Position numbers and translations under genes: made by a program. A DNA stretch of 64,000 nt from Eledone cirrhosa (Eukaryota), in assembly GCA_964016885.1 (NCBI GenBank), contig OZ024744.1:67456001-67520000 (forward strand), in the 5' to 3' direction. Shown in pieces: positions 42,858-54,819 of the stretch (its first letter is position 1; the number at the start of each line of letters is the position of its first letter). The notes beneath the pieces were generated by a model, which searched no databases, was not told where the DNA came from, and saw only the letters and a list, made by a program, of their open reading frames with translations.

Positions 42858-42940
42858 CACACACGTACAAACTCAGAGAGATTGTTTCACCAGAAAATTA
42901 GATTTGGGATTGAACTCACCCAGGCTCATCAGCGTGCGTG
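42858..42940 (-). ncRNA. Type I hammerhead ribozyme
   Basis: Minus strand: cacgcacg CTGATGA gcc...ggt GAAA caa-t-ctc tct gag-t-ttG TA cgtgtgtg; 8-bp stem I, complete core, GUA site (predicted cut between 42866 and 42865). Confidence 0.82.
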
Positions 42941-43056
42941 GTAAGTGAATATATTCCAAACAACTCTAAGAGAACTTGAAGTAACCTGGCTGAGTTCAAT
43001 CCAAACACTGATTTTCTGGCGAAACAATCTCTCGAAGTTTGTACATGTGTGACATA

Positions 43057-43989
43057 TCTATATATTAATTTCAACTATGTCAGTATTCCGTGTGTCATAA
43101 TTCTCGATTATCATTGGTCCATAGGTTTCAAACGACTCTGCCCACCTCAACGACGCCAAACTTAAATTAATATGCATAATGCCAATGAGGGAGTGAGAGG
43201 GGAGAGAGAGGGGCAAAGTGAACGCTGTGTTTGGATACACTATGTATGTATATGTGTCAGTGTAGAGACATGTGTGTGTGTGATGTGTGGAAATAAGAGG
43301 GGAAGGAAAGCAATAACTATTAACATGTGTGCGTGTGTATGTACGTGCGCGTATGTTTATGTGTGTGTGCGTGCGTGCAGCGTTCCACAGAAAGTAAAAA
43401 CTATCAACATGTGTGACTGTGTGCGTGTGTGTAAGTGCACGGGTGCGTGTGTAAGTTTGCGTGCGTGTGCGTGTTTCCATGCGTGTATGTGTGTGTACAT
43501 GCGGCATCCGACAATCGCCACGCAGTTTATCTGTCTGTGTGCCTGTCTGTCAGTCTAACTTATACAGAGTTGTGAAGGGAGTAAATAGGGACCTTTTTTT
43601 ATATTGACAGACATCTTTTATATTAATTATCTATATCTATATCTACATATAATATAAAAGATTGGAACTTCCATCATTCTTTTGAGAAACGTGGAACAAT
43701 CACGTCTATGCAATGATACACGTTTTACAGTCAGGCAGAAGATGAACCATCTCCTAGAGGTCACTATTCTACGTGGGAGCACCTAGAATTGTTCATATAC
43801 TATGCACAAACGGTACAACGAAGAATCTAGTATATCTGGAAGATTTTTCTTTATTGTTTTTTGTATCACACAGACACCACGGACTCGCCTCATACTGTAA
43901 CCAGACAAACATCCAATACAGTCATTTTCTCTTTTACCAGTCTTCTCTTATCATCTGTTTACCCAGGCGAAGCTGGGTACGTCAGCTAG
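43057..43989 (+). mobile_element. Non-autonomous Helitron (933 bp)
   Basis: 5' TC, 3' acccaggc-gaa-gctgggt hairpin then CTAG; inserted between A and T with no target-site duplication, as shown by the uninterrupted opposite arm. Confidence 0.9.
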
Positions 43990-44131
43990 TAGTTATAAAG
44001 GTGGGTTCCTTCATTCTAATTTATATTTTTAATTATAATATATCTACCTCACATTTCTTAGTTTATATGTTCCATACACTGGTGGTTTTCCCTGTAACTT
44101 GATAAACACACTCTCTCAAGTGTGTTTTCTT

Positions 44132-44233
<102 letters not shown>

Positions 44234-44277
44234 CAGAATATTAATAAATGAAGACATTCACATAATCAAAATATATG

Positions 44278-44339
44278 TTTTATTATATATATTTCGGAGG
44301 TACTGTGCTGTTTTTTCAGTACGTCCTCGTCAGATAAAA
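44278..44339 (-). ncRNA. Minimal type I hammerhead ribozyme
   Basis: ttttat CTGACGA gga-c-gtactg...cagtac-c-tcc GAAA tatata TA ataaaa; palindromic stem III as in PLE minimal hammerheads. Confidence 0.85.
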
Positions 44340-44458
44340 TACATGAATTGATGTATGACATACCTCAACGGTCTTGATGGTTCAATTCCAGTATTGGCAG
44401 TCAATACTGGAATTGAACTATCAAGACCTTTGACGTATGTCATACATCAATTCATGTA

Positions 44459-44520
44459 TTTTATCTGACGAAGACGTACTAAAAAAATAGCACAGTACCT
44501 CCGAAATATATATAATAAAA
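44459..44520 (+). ncRNA. Minimal type I hammerhead ribozyme (mirror copy, stem II weakened)
   Basis: ttttat CTGACGA agacgtact...agtacctcc GAAA tatata TA ataaaa. Confidence 0.78.
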
Positions 44521-45092
44521 CATATATTTTGATTATGTGAATGTCTTCATTTATTAATATTCTGAATAATATTAATAACTCCAGAAAACTTTTACTGTAG
44601 AGTGCTTTTAATCTATTGTAAAACTATATTCCTTGAGTAATCAATGAACCATATTAATCTTTGGTTATATATATATATAGGTATATATATATCATCATCA
44701 TCATCATCATCATCTTCACCGTTTTATGTCCGTTCTTCCACGCTAGCATGGGTTAGATGGGTTGTCATGTTATGGGCAGTGTCCGGTCGGCTGACCTTGT
44801 CTTGCTCATACGGGAAGTGATTCTGGCTTGATTTCTACAGCCGGATGCCCTTCCTAACACTAACCTTATTTACAGTGTGGGCTGAGTGCTTTTTTACCGT
44901 GGTACCTGCACACCACTTTGCAGTGGAATGATAGGGACCCCAGTCCCTATCATCTCATTTCTACAGCTGAATAAATTGGAGCAATGTGAAATAAAGTGTC
45001 TTGCTCAATAAAGTGTCATGCTCAATCGAAAGGTTGTGAGTTCAATTCTCGGACCGAGTGATGTGTTGTTTCCTATATATATATATATACAC

Positions 45093-45124
<32 letters not shown>

Positions 45125-45126
<2 letters not shown>

Positions 45127-46422
45127 CGAAGGAAATGTGGTAAGGAACCAGGTGGACCATAACGCACCAAAGTACTCAATACTTGAGGTAGTAGAGTGGG
45201 TAATAGGAACCAGTAAGACCCCGACAGCTGAGCTCAAGCCGTTTCGACGGCTAATTCTGGACTAAATGAAAATTTATCCTGGTATTTAAATAGCCGATCT
45301 TCTCAAGGGGTAATTCCATATATGGTCAAAGTGATTGTCAAAAATCAGTAGTAATTCTGTGGTTGCAAATTAGTAGCCCACCCGAGGCTGCCCTTTGGCC
45401 CCATGTAGCCTTAGTACCCCCACCCCCCTCCCCTAGTCTTTGATAGATTTGGCGGACTCCGCCCTTTATAGCAGTTGGCTTAGACCCCGGATACTTGCCC
45501 CCTCTTTCCGACCGCTCCCACTATTCTCTGTGCCCTCTATATTTCTTAGTGGCACTTATGCCTTATTTTTTCGTTTCAGTATTTCTTGCTTCGCTTTTCT
45601 TCTGGGCGGGTGGATTCTGAATTTATTTCTCCGTTTTCTACCTTTATTTCGTACGAACTTTCATGTAGCTTGTTTTAGATCTTTTAGAGTTAGCATTAGT
45701 ATATATTTTTCTCGGGACTCAGAATTATTATCTCGTACAAGTTCACTTTGCTGCACTGGGTCGTTGCTGGCCCGGGATGGAAACCTTTATTGTTTATTTC
45801 GTGGTAGTCTCTTTAGTATTTTGGCCCCTTTTGTTGACCCGTCACCGTATCATTTACGTACTTATACCTCTTAAAAGGGTCTTTGCTTAATCCGTCCCAC
45901 CTAGTTCTCTTACTTATTTCCTTATTTATTCATTTATTTATTTTTTTACTTCTTTCTTTCTTTCTTTATTTTATTCTTGCCTAACAATAGCCTGACACCT
46001 AGGTCGTAGAATTTAATTTACTTTACTTTTCTTTACACTTATTTGCCTTTCTTCACTCTCAGTATTTTTTTTTTTTTCTTTCCTATTTCTACCCCCCATT
46101 GTTCTACCTACCGTTCCGACTTCCTCCCCCTCCCCCTCCCCTGTATCTTCTTTGACCTCATGCCCAGCTGTAGCTGGCACTACCAACGCTTGATTGGGTC
46201 TACTCCACCCCCTCCCCTCTTTCTCCTACTGGCAGGTTTAGCCACCATCTCCCCTACTAATTTGCAACCACAGAATTACTACTGATTTTTGACAATCACT
46301 TTGACCATATATGGAATTACCCCTTGAGAAGATCGGCTATTTAAATACCAGGATAAATTTTCATTTAGTCCAGAATTAGCCGTCGAAACGGCTTGAGCTC
46401 AGCTGTCGGGGTCTTACTGGTT

Positions 46423-46425
<3 letters not shown>
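45125..46425. mobile_element. Penelope pseudo-LTR-derived fold-back element with ~172-bp apparently perfect inverted repeats
   Basis: 45205-45376 is the reverse complement of 46254-46425; right end is homologous to the 3' end (1620-1841) of the PLE at the window start; (TA)n flanks. Confidence 0.88.
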
Positions 46426-46479
<54 letters not shown>

Positions 46480-46589
46480 CTGATAAATGAAACAAAACAC
46501 AGGGATGCAAACATTCAAAGTCATATTAGGTTCCTATATATATATATATGTGTGTGTGGGTGTGTATGTGTGTGTATATGTGTAGAGGA

Positions 46590-46790
46590 GTCATGACAAA
46601 AGCACCCAGCCCACACTGTAAATGTGGTCGGCGTTAAGAAGAGCATCCAGCTATAGAAACCAAACCAGAAACGGTTCTGTGTGAGCAAGACATGGTCATG
46701 TGACCCGACTTGCTTCAAACGAGACAACCTGTCTAAACCATGCTAGCACAGGAAATGCACGTCAAACGGTGTGATGATGATGATGATCAT
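46590..46790 (+). mobile_element. Short non-autonomous RTE derivative (5' UTR piece joined to 3' end and (GAT)n)
   Basis: ctgtaaatgtggtcggcgttaagaagagcatccag matches the RTE 5' region at 47890; reverse copies at ~16455, ~17950, ~44695. Confidence 0.65.
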
Positions 46791-46870
46791 CATCATTTAT
46801 TCATTGGCTTAGGTCTCTAAAAAAGGTGGCAAATTGGCAGACTTGTTAAGCATATATATATATATATATA

Positions 46871-47220
46871 CTAGCAGTGGCACTCGGCGTTTGCAAGCAT
46901 AAGGTATTTTGAAACGCGGGCCGCCAATAGACCTAATCGTGGAAAAACTGCATGCCTCGACAATATGTAAAGAAAATAAACCGAATACTCTGATGGCTGG
47001 ATAATCTTTAAGATTTTCCTCGATCAAGCAGGAAAAATGCAGGTTTTCACTTAATGCGGGCCCTAGGGGATCAAAAAGTTGAATGTTTTAATGTGCATAA
47101 CACTCCCTGAAACATAAGTAATACACATGTAAAGTTAGAAAATGATTGATTGGGTACTTCTCGAGTTTTAGGCATTCAAACTCACACACACACACACACA
47201 GTTTTATATACATATATAGA
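46871..47220 (-). mobile_element. Non-autonomous Helitron (350 bp)
   Basis: Minus strand A|TCtatatatg...gccgagtgccactgCTAG|T. Confidence 0.72.
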
Positions 47221-47221
47221 T

Positions 47222-47392
47222 ACCACCAGAAAATGTCTTCATGAACCAATATTTGTCTTTTTTTGTTTTCTTTTGATTGTAACACTTTTTTGAAACTTTT
47301 ACTTCTGTCTACAAATTGATTTTTCTCAATTTCAGACTATCCCGTAATAGGGTGAAAGCAGAAATTCTTTGCTTAAACTTTAATCTGTACTA
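47222..47392 (+). mobile_element. Solo 3' end of the PLE family at 22090-25283
   Basis: tttcag..atcccgt..agggtgaaagcag..attctttgcttaaactttaatctgt is shared with 25214-25271; followed by (TA)n. Confidence 0.8.
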
Positions 47393-47467
47393 ATATATAT
47401 ATAATATATATATATATAATAAAATAAAATAAAATAAAATAAATAAGTCAAATGTTTAAAATTTGGC

Positions 47468-47528
47468 TTCGTTTATATATATTTCGGTGACAGCCATCTT
47501 TGGCTGTGACCTCTTCAGGCAGTCCGAA
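47468..47528 (-). ncRNA. Hammerhead core with intact stems II and III but poorly pairing stem I
   Basis: CTGAAGA ggt-c-acagcca aaga tggctgt-c-acc GAAA tatata TA. Confidence 0.6.
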
Positions 47529-47684
47529 TCAGTGTGGTAGAGACGAGTACACATGTTGTTGAGGTGTATAACTTTCTCAATACTCTGATATTCCCAGTTC
47601 CTGGTTGGATTGTTATTTCACTGAGGAACTGGAATCACTAATCTGCATACTGAGGTGTTGGTATACAACCAACATATACTCAAA

Positions 47685-47732
<48 letters not shown>

Positions 47733-47879
47733 AAAGTATATATTGAGTTAGAAACTCAGAATAGTCCCTTACAAATTAAATAGTTCAAGGAAAACATTTG
47801 TATTCACCCTGGCAATTTAGGTCCCTTATGATTTGAAAACATATATGTATATGTCTGTGTTTATCTCTCTTTATTATAT

Positions 47880-50800
47880 TAAATTATATGCTGTAAAGTG
47901 GTGCTGGTGTTAAGAAGGGCATCCAACCAATATATATTAATGCCAAAAACTATGAGCACAACAAATGAGAATTGCAACAACTGCGTAAACAGCAATAACA
48001 CTAACCATGTTAGGGCTGCACACGGTAGTGGGGTGGCTGGTGCGGCCATGTGCAATAACTCCCCGACCGTCATCAAGCAATCGCACAACAGCAACAACTG
48101 CGTAAACAGCAATAACACTAACCATGTTAGGGCTAGGCCCGGTAGTGGGGTGGCTGGTGCGGCCATGTGCAAGAACCCCTCGACCGTCATCAAACAATCG
48201 CACTACAGGAAAAAGAACAAGAATATGAAGACGTCTCGTCTCAGAGTTGCCACACTTAATGTTGGCACTCTAACATGTAGATCTGGTGAGATAGTGGAGA
48301 TGCTGAAGAGAAGGCATGTGGATGTGTGCTGCGTGCAAGAGGTAAGATGGAGAGGTGCCTCTGCAAGACTAATCACAGGCAAACATCTTAATTATAAGCT
48401 TCTCTGGGTGGGTAAGGATGATGGGTTAGGTGGGGTAGGCATTTTACTGGCTGAGAGATGGATCGATAAGACAATAGAGGTAGTTAGAGTTAGTAATAGA
48501 ATAGTTAAGCTTAGATTAGTTGTAGGCAAGAGACTACTGACAATCATCTCTGCCTATGCTCCCAGGCAGGCCTAGGTAAAGAAGAGAAGGACTGCTTTTA
48601 CGAGCAACTTTTAGGAACAGCCACAATGACAGAGGACGGAGACATCGTTATGCTAGCAGGGGACTTCAATGGTCATGTTGGACAGCTCCAGGATGGATAC
48701 ATTGGGGTACATGGTGGGCACGGTTATGGCTCAAGAAATGAAGAATGAATGAGGCTTCTTGAATTTTGTGATGCAAGTGCACAAACCATTTGCAACACTA
48801 ACTTCCTAATAATCTACAAACCAGGCGAGCGCATAAGCCACATTGACTTCTTGCTAGTTAGGCAGTGGGTCAGGCAGATGGTGTCAAATGCTAAGGCATA
48901 CCCAGAGGAAGAATGTACCCCACAGCATAGGTTAGTCGTTAGTGATATCTCAGTAAGCAAGAGATGGAATGAGACATACAGGAAGGTGTGGAGAAGAAAG
49001 GTCTGGAAGCTAAAAGACCTTTCACTAATATACAAATTTAGGAAAGCCCTTCAAGATGTGTATGACGAATAAGAAGACGTTTTAAAGTCGAATGACATAG
49101 ATAATAACTGGAATTTCTTACGTGACAACTTACTGCAGGTTACTGATGAAACTTGTGGCTGGAGCAGAGCTCCAACCAGACAGAGAGTGACCTGGTGGTG
49201 GAACAGCACAGTAGATAAGGCCATTAGAGACAAAAGACTAGCATGGAAGGCTTGGAAAAAGGGTGGGAGTAGAGAAGCTAGGCGTCAGGTGTTCTTAGCA
49301 CGCAGGGAGGCTGTGAGTGGGAGGTTTGCCAATGTTCTGCGACGGGAAGATCAGAGACGTGCGGTGTTCCACATTGCAAGGCAGTGTGTCAATGTACTTA
49401 GTGTCACGAATGATCAGAAAAAGGAGGCCTGGAAATGTCATTATGAGAGACTGATGAATGTGGAGAAAGAATGGGAGAGAAAGAAATTGCCCCCAGTAGA
49501 CCTGACAGAGGGACCAGCTATTGAGATTGATGAATATAGGGTCCAAGAGGCAATTAAGGAAATGAAAAATGGTAAGGCTGCTGGACCATCGTGGATAGTT
49601 GCCGAGATGCTGAAGGCATCAAGAGAAGTAGGCACTAAACTGGTTGCACGCATCATCAATCAGGTTATATATGGTGGTGTCATACCCAAAGACTGGTGCA
49701 ATAGTATTCTCATAAATTGCTGCAAATGTAATGGGGATGCTCTGGAGAGGAGCAATTATATGGGGCATAAAGCTGATGGATCAGGTTATGAAAGTGGCAG
49801 AGAGAATATAGCGCAACTAATTAGGAAAAGGGTCAAATTAGATGAGATGCAGTTTGGTTTTGTGCTTGGGGAAAGTACAACAGATGCCCTCTTCTTAGTG
49901 AGGCAACTACAAGAGAGGTTTTTAGAGAAGAATAAGCCAATATACTTAGCTTTTGTTGACCTAGAGAAGGCCTTTGGTAGGGTACCCCGATCTGTCATCT
50001 GGTGGTCCCTAAGGAAACTAGGTGTTGAAGAATGGCTTGTGAGGACAGTGCAAACTGTGTACAGAGGTGTTATCAGTAAAGTGAGAGTAGGAATGGAGTT
50101 TAGTGAAGAATTCCAGATACAAGTTGGAGTACATCAGGGTTCGGTCCTCAGTCCGCTCATGTTTATTATAGTCCTCCAAGCCATAACAGAGGAGTTTAAG
50201 ACTGGCTGTCCATGGGAACTTCTCTATGCTGACGATCTGGTTCTTATAGCAGAATCGGTAGAGGAGCTAGAGAAGAAATTCTTGCTATGGAAACAGCAGT
50301 TGGAATCAAGAGGATTGAGAGTGAACCTAGCTAAGACAAAAGTGTTGATAAGTAGAAAAGAGGACAAAACTCTGATTCAATCAGGGAAGTGGTCATGTTC
50401 GATATGCAGAAAAGGAACTGGCATAAATTCTATAAAATGAATACAATGCAGATCTTGGGTACACAAGAGATGTAGCGGGATAGCAGACAAACTAACAGGT
50501 AGGGAGAAATACGTATGCAGTAGATGTACAGGGAAATTTGACAGTAGAAGTGGCATTGATAGACACATTTTTCAAATGCAGCCGGGTGCTATAGAAGTGG
50601 TTGATAGCTTCCGGTACGTAGGTGATCAGATTAGCATGGGAGGGGTGTTCTGAGGCCATAGTATCTAGAATAAGGAAGGGTCGGAAGAAGTTTAGGGAGC
50701 TGCTTCCTCTGTTGACAAAGAAGGGTTTTTCCTTGCATATGAAAGGCTGGTGTGAGTTGCGCGATGCTGCATGGTAGTGAGACATGGGCAGCAACTACAG

Positions 50801-51195
50801 AGGATATGCGATGGCTAGAGAGAAATGGAGCAAGTATACTCAGTTGGATGTGCAATGTCAATGTGTGTGAACGACCAAGCATAGATGAATTGAGTGAGAA
50901 ACTGTGTATAAGAGGGATAATTTGTGGTGTGCAGGAGAGAAGACTGAGATGGTATGGGCATGTGATGCGCATGGAGGATGACCGCTGGGTAAAGAAGTGT
51001 CAAGAAATCCTAGTAGAAGGAAGACGCAGTAGAGGAAGACCACGAAAAACATGGGCGGACCTCAGATCGCTGAAGTTCACGGAGGAGATAACGAAGGACC
51101 GTGACAAGTGGAGAGATACTGTGCTGAATAGGACCCATCCCACACTTGCAAGCAGGGAAAAGCGGACGTAAAATGATGATGAGGATGATGATGAT
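47880..51195 (+). mobile_element. Full-length RTE-clade LINE (APE and RT), disrupted by stops and frameshifts
   Basis: LRVATLNVGTL, DVCCVQEVRWRG, IISAYAP, AGDFNGHVG, PQHRLVV, AFVDLEKAF, GVHQGSVLSPL, LLYADDLVL, LRWYGHVMRM, GRPRKTW; (GAT)n tail. Confidence 0.94.
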
Positions 51196-51745
51196 ATATA
51201 TATTATATGTATAATTGTTAAAGTTACTTCAAAGGTGCCATAATAAAAACGTACATTTTGTTGGACCAGAGAGCCAACTTGTTCAACCTGTGCCGATGGA
51301 TATTTTTACGAAATTATTACCAATATATACATCACCAGCACGGTCTGTACTGTGCTCATACATATTTATAAGGCACCTATTGGTATTTATTGTAATGCCC
51401 CTTTTCTTTAAAATAAAAGCTGTTAAAAGGTATTTAGATATTGCATAATATAATTCTTTTGATTTATTTAGAATCTACAAAATGTAATAAAGAAAATAAT
51501 AGAAAAATATATTCTATGAAAATTATAAAACATTTATAGAACTTCAGTATATACAATGTTTTTAATTTTTTTCTTTTGAGAATTTATGAAGAGTTTGTGG
51601 GAACTCCTACTCTGGAACAATCTTCATATAATTGATCATGTGAGAAACAGCCTTTTTCTAGATGGAGATAGACAACTTGCAGTGTTTGGCCTTGGGACTT
51701 ATTAATGGTCTTTGTGTAACTGACTCTTATTAGGAATTGCAATCA

Positions 51746-52673
51746 TCTGTATATATATATAAAATTAAGTATGTGTGTGTGTCTGTATATTACCTATAGG
51801 GGCCTACATCTGACGACCGATTTTCACGAAACTTTACAGGCTCATAGATTAGTCATTGGGGAGTGTTTTCTATATATCAGCGTATCGTTTTTTATTCCGG
51901 GGTCATTCTGCAGATAAAAATCGATAGGGGAGGTCACCTTTTTTTAGGTATCGAAAAATAAGATTCTTGGCTCTAGCTCCCACATTTTGCCACCGGTTTC
52001 GTCCAAATTTTAAAGCAAAATAGAATTTATCATTGCACATCCTGTAATGGCTTTATATTTTGTATTTTTTGTTCAGGGACGGCGTGGAAGCCGCTTAAAT
52101 ATTAAAAAATACCACTTTTAGACTCAAATTTCGACTTTTTCGCCTCTAGCTCCCACATTAATCAACCTACTTTGTTCAAATTTTACACTACGCTGGATCT
52201 GATTATTTCACGTCTTAAAGTGGCTTTACATTTTGGATTTTTTATCATGAACGGCGTGACAGCCGCTTAAATATTCGAAAATACAACCTTTTCGATCAAA
52301 TTTCCGCCTTTTAGGCTCTAACTCCCACATTTTTGAACCGATTTCGTTCAAATTCGAAACTTCGGCTCCACCTCACACATAAATCAATTTATTTGGTTCA
52401 ACTTTTATACTACGATAGAACCTATCATTGCACATCTTATATTAGCTTTACACTTTGCATTTTTTTGTTCAGGGACAGCGTGGCAGCCGTTTGCCTCTTC
52501 AAAATACGATTTTTTCTACCTCCCACATATTCCATACGATTTCACTCAACATTTCGCCATTTGCTACACCTTACGACCGATTTTCAAGAAACTCGCAGTC
52601 GCTAAGATCAACACCTTTCCATCAAAGCAGATATTATTTTACCTACCCAGGCAACGTTGGATACTGCTGCTAG
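51746..52673 (+). mobile_element. Non-autonomous Helitron with internal ~175-200-bp tandem repeats
   Basis: A|TCtgtatatata...acccaggcaacgttggatactgctgCTAG|T; ctctagctcccacatt repeated at ~51971, 52144, 52316, 52516. Confidence 0.8.
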
Positions 52674-52689
52674 TTTGAAATAAAAAGGG

Positions 52690-53189
52690 ACACCTGACAC
52701 TCTGAACACCTTGCTCCACTGGGTATGGATTCATTGAAGCTCCGACATCTTGAAACTGACTTGGTATGGTAAAACCCCACAAAATGATTGACCACCTTGC
52801 CAACATCAAGCCTGAGCACCTTTTTGAATTCCATGTGTCTAACATACGTGGGCATGCTTACAAAATCAGAAAACAGTACAGCTGTCATGACATTTGGAAA
52901 CATTTTTTTCATGCTCAGAGTTGCTGAAGCATGGAACAAATTAGCTGCATCAGTTGTTAGCTGTCAGGACACTGCATCCTTCAAAACTTCCATGCTTCCT
53001 GAAATTCGCCAATACTACACCTGGTATTCCCCCTACATACACATCTACACATGTATATCATGACTCATACACTGTTCACTTTCCTGACATTTGTACATTA
53101 TTCTATGTACTATACATGCGCTTTTGATGAGTTGTAGTGCACCTGAGCACTGTATACAATAATTTCATTATTATTATTATTATTATTAT
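52690..53189 (+). mobile_element. CR1-clade LINE 3' end
   Basis: RGHAYKIRKQYS...FFMLRVAEAWNKL; (ATT)n tail. Confidence 0.8.
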
Positions 53190-53577
53190 GTCTCCGTCTC
53201 TCCCGCTCTCCTCATCTCTCACTATTAGGAGCAAATAGGGGCCCATGCGCTGGCCACCCTGCAGGCCAGGCGAATTATCCGGCCCATGCCCCGGTGGACA
53301 GAATAGAGAAGCATTTCCACAGAGGATGGTGAGGGAGACACATTAACTATTGAGCCATCTTCTTCTAGAAATATTGACAGACAAGTAAATGGTATGACCA
53401 GAAAGGATACAAAAGCTCAATAGGAACAAGTGGTTTAAAGCAACCCTCCCCTAAGACCGGAGTTAAGTCTTGTAGGCTATACTGTTTTTTAAGCATAAAT
53501 TAGCATTTATAATGACTTTAGTTGCATGAGTATGTGTATGTGTGTGCATGTGTGCATGTGTGTGTGTGTGCATGTGT

Positions 53578-53762
53578 GTGTGGTGAATTAGCAGTATCAG
53601 TAGAGGGTCGGACACCATGCTTTCCAGCATAGTTACGTCCTTTTACAGTCTGAGTTCAAATCCCGTCGAGGTTAACTTTGCCTTTCATCCTTACGGGGTC
53701 GATAAAATAAAGTACCAGTAATGTACTGGGTAATTGCTGGCCTTGTGCCAAAAGTAGAAACA
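53578..53762 (+). mobile_element. tRNA-derived SINE (family A)
   Basis: Close match to the 4397 and 7023 copies. Confidence 0.8.
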
Positions 53763-54411
53763 ATATTTTTTTAAGGCAAGATTCTACAGTTGGATGCCTG
53801 TCTTGATGGTGACACTTTCTGAGATATATGCAGTATATATGAATACATATATGAGTATATGCAGACATAAAGGGGGGGAACAAGAAAAAGACACAGAGTA
53901 GAAGAAAAATAAGAAAAATAAGAAGGATAACATGTAAAAAAAAAATTTTTTAAAAGATTCTATACAAATTTTAAATTTCACAATCTCCATAGATCACTTT
54001 AAGGTCACTATATACCAAATCATCATCGTCATCATCATCATCATCATCATCATCATCGCCATCGTCATCGTCATCGTCATCATTATCATCATCATCATTG
54101 TTAAACGTCTGCTTTTCCAGCTAGCTTGAGTTGGTTGGATCTACATAGACCAAGTTGTTACTGAAGCAGGGCCACTGACATCCCAAAGGGGCCATGGTAT
54201 CTGCATCTCACTTACAGTCTATTGAGTGCACAGTGGAGGTTGTCATTTCTTTGACACAACTGAAGAGTCTTCCTAACCCCCAAATATTCTCAAAGTGGGT
54301 GCTTCTAAATGCCACCACCCCTGGGGAGGGGGGCATTTAGAAGGTCCAGGGGCGCGCTAAGAGTCTAAGAGGGCAGTAGAGATGATACGAGAGTATATTA
54401 AATATCAAATG

Positions 54412-54506
<95 letters not shown>

Positions 54507-54819
54507 AAAACCAAAAATATATAATATATATTTATACATAGTATATATTATATTTATTATTTATAAATTAACAATTTAATTTATTATATATTATTTACAA
54601 TATACATGTAGGCAGGTCTCTCTAGAAATAGGGGTGGGGGGCACTGAAGGTATTATATAGCTGTGAGGGTGGGTGGTGGCCCCAAAAGTTTCAGAACCTG
54701 TCCTAAACCTTTGTTTGGCAGGCTTTATTGCTTTATGTAGGACATAAACTTTGCTATGGACTAAGTAATACTTTGGTATTAAAAGTCTAAAGTCTGTCTC
54801 AAGTCTGGAGGCTCATTAA

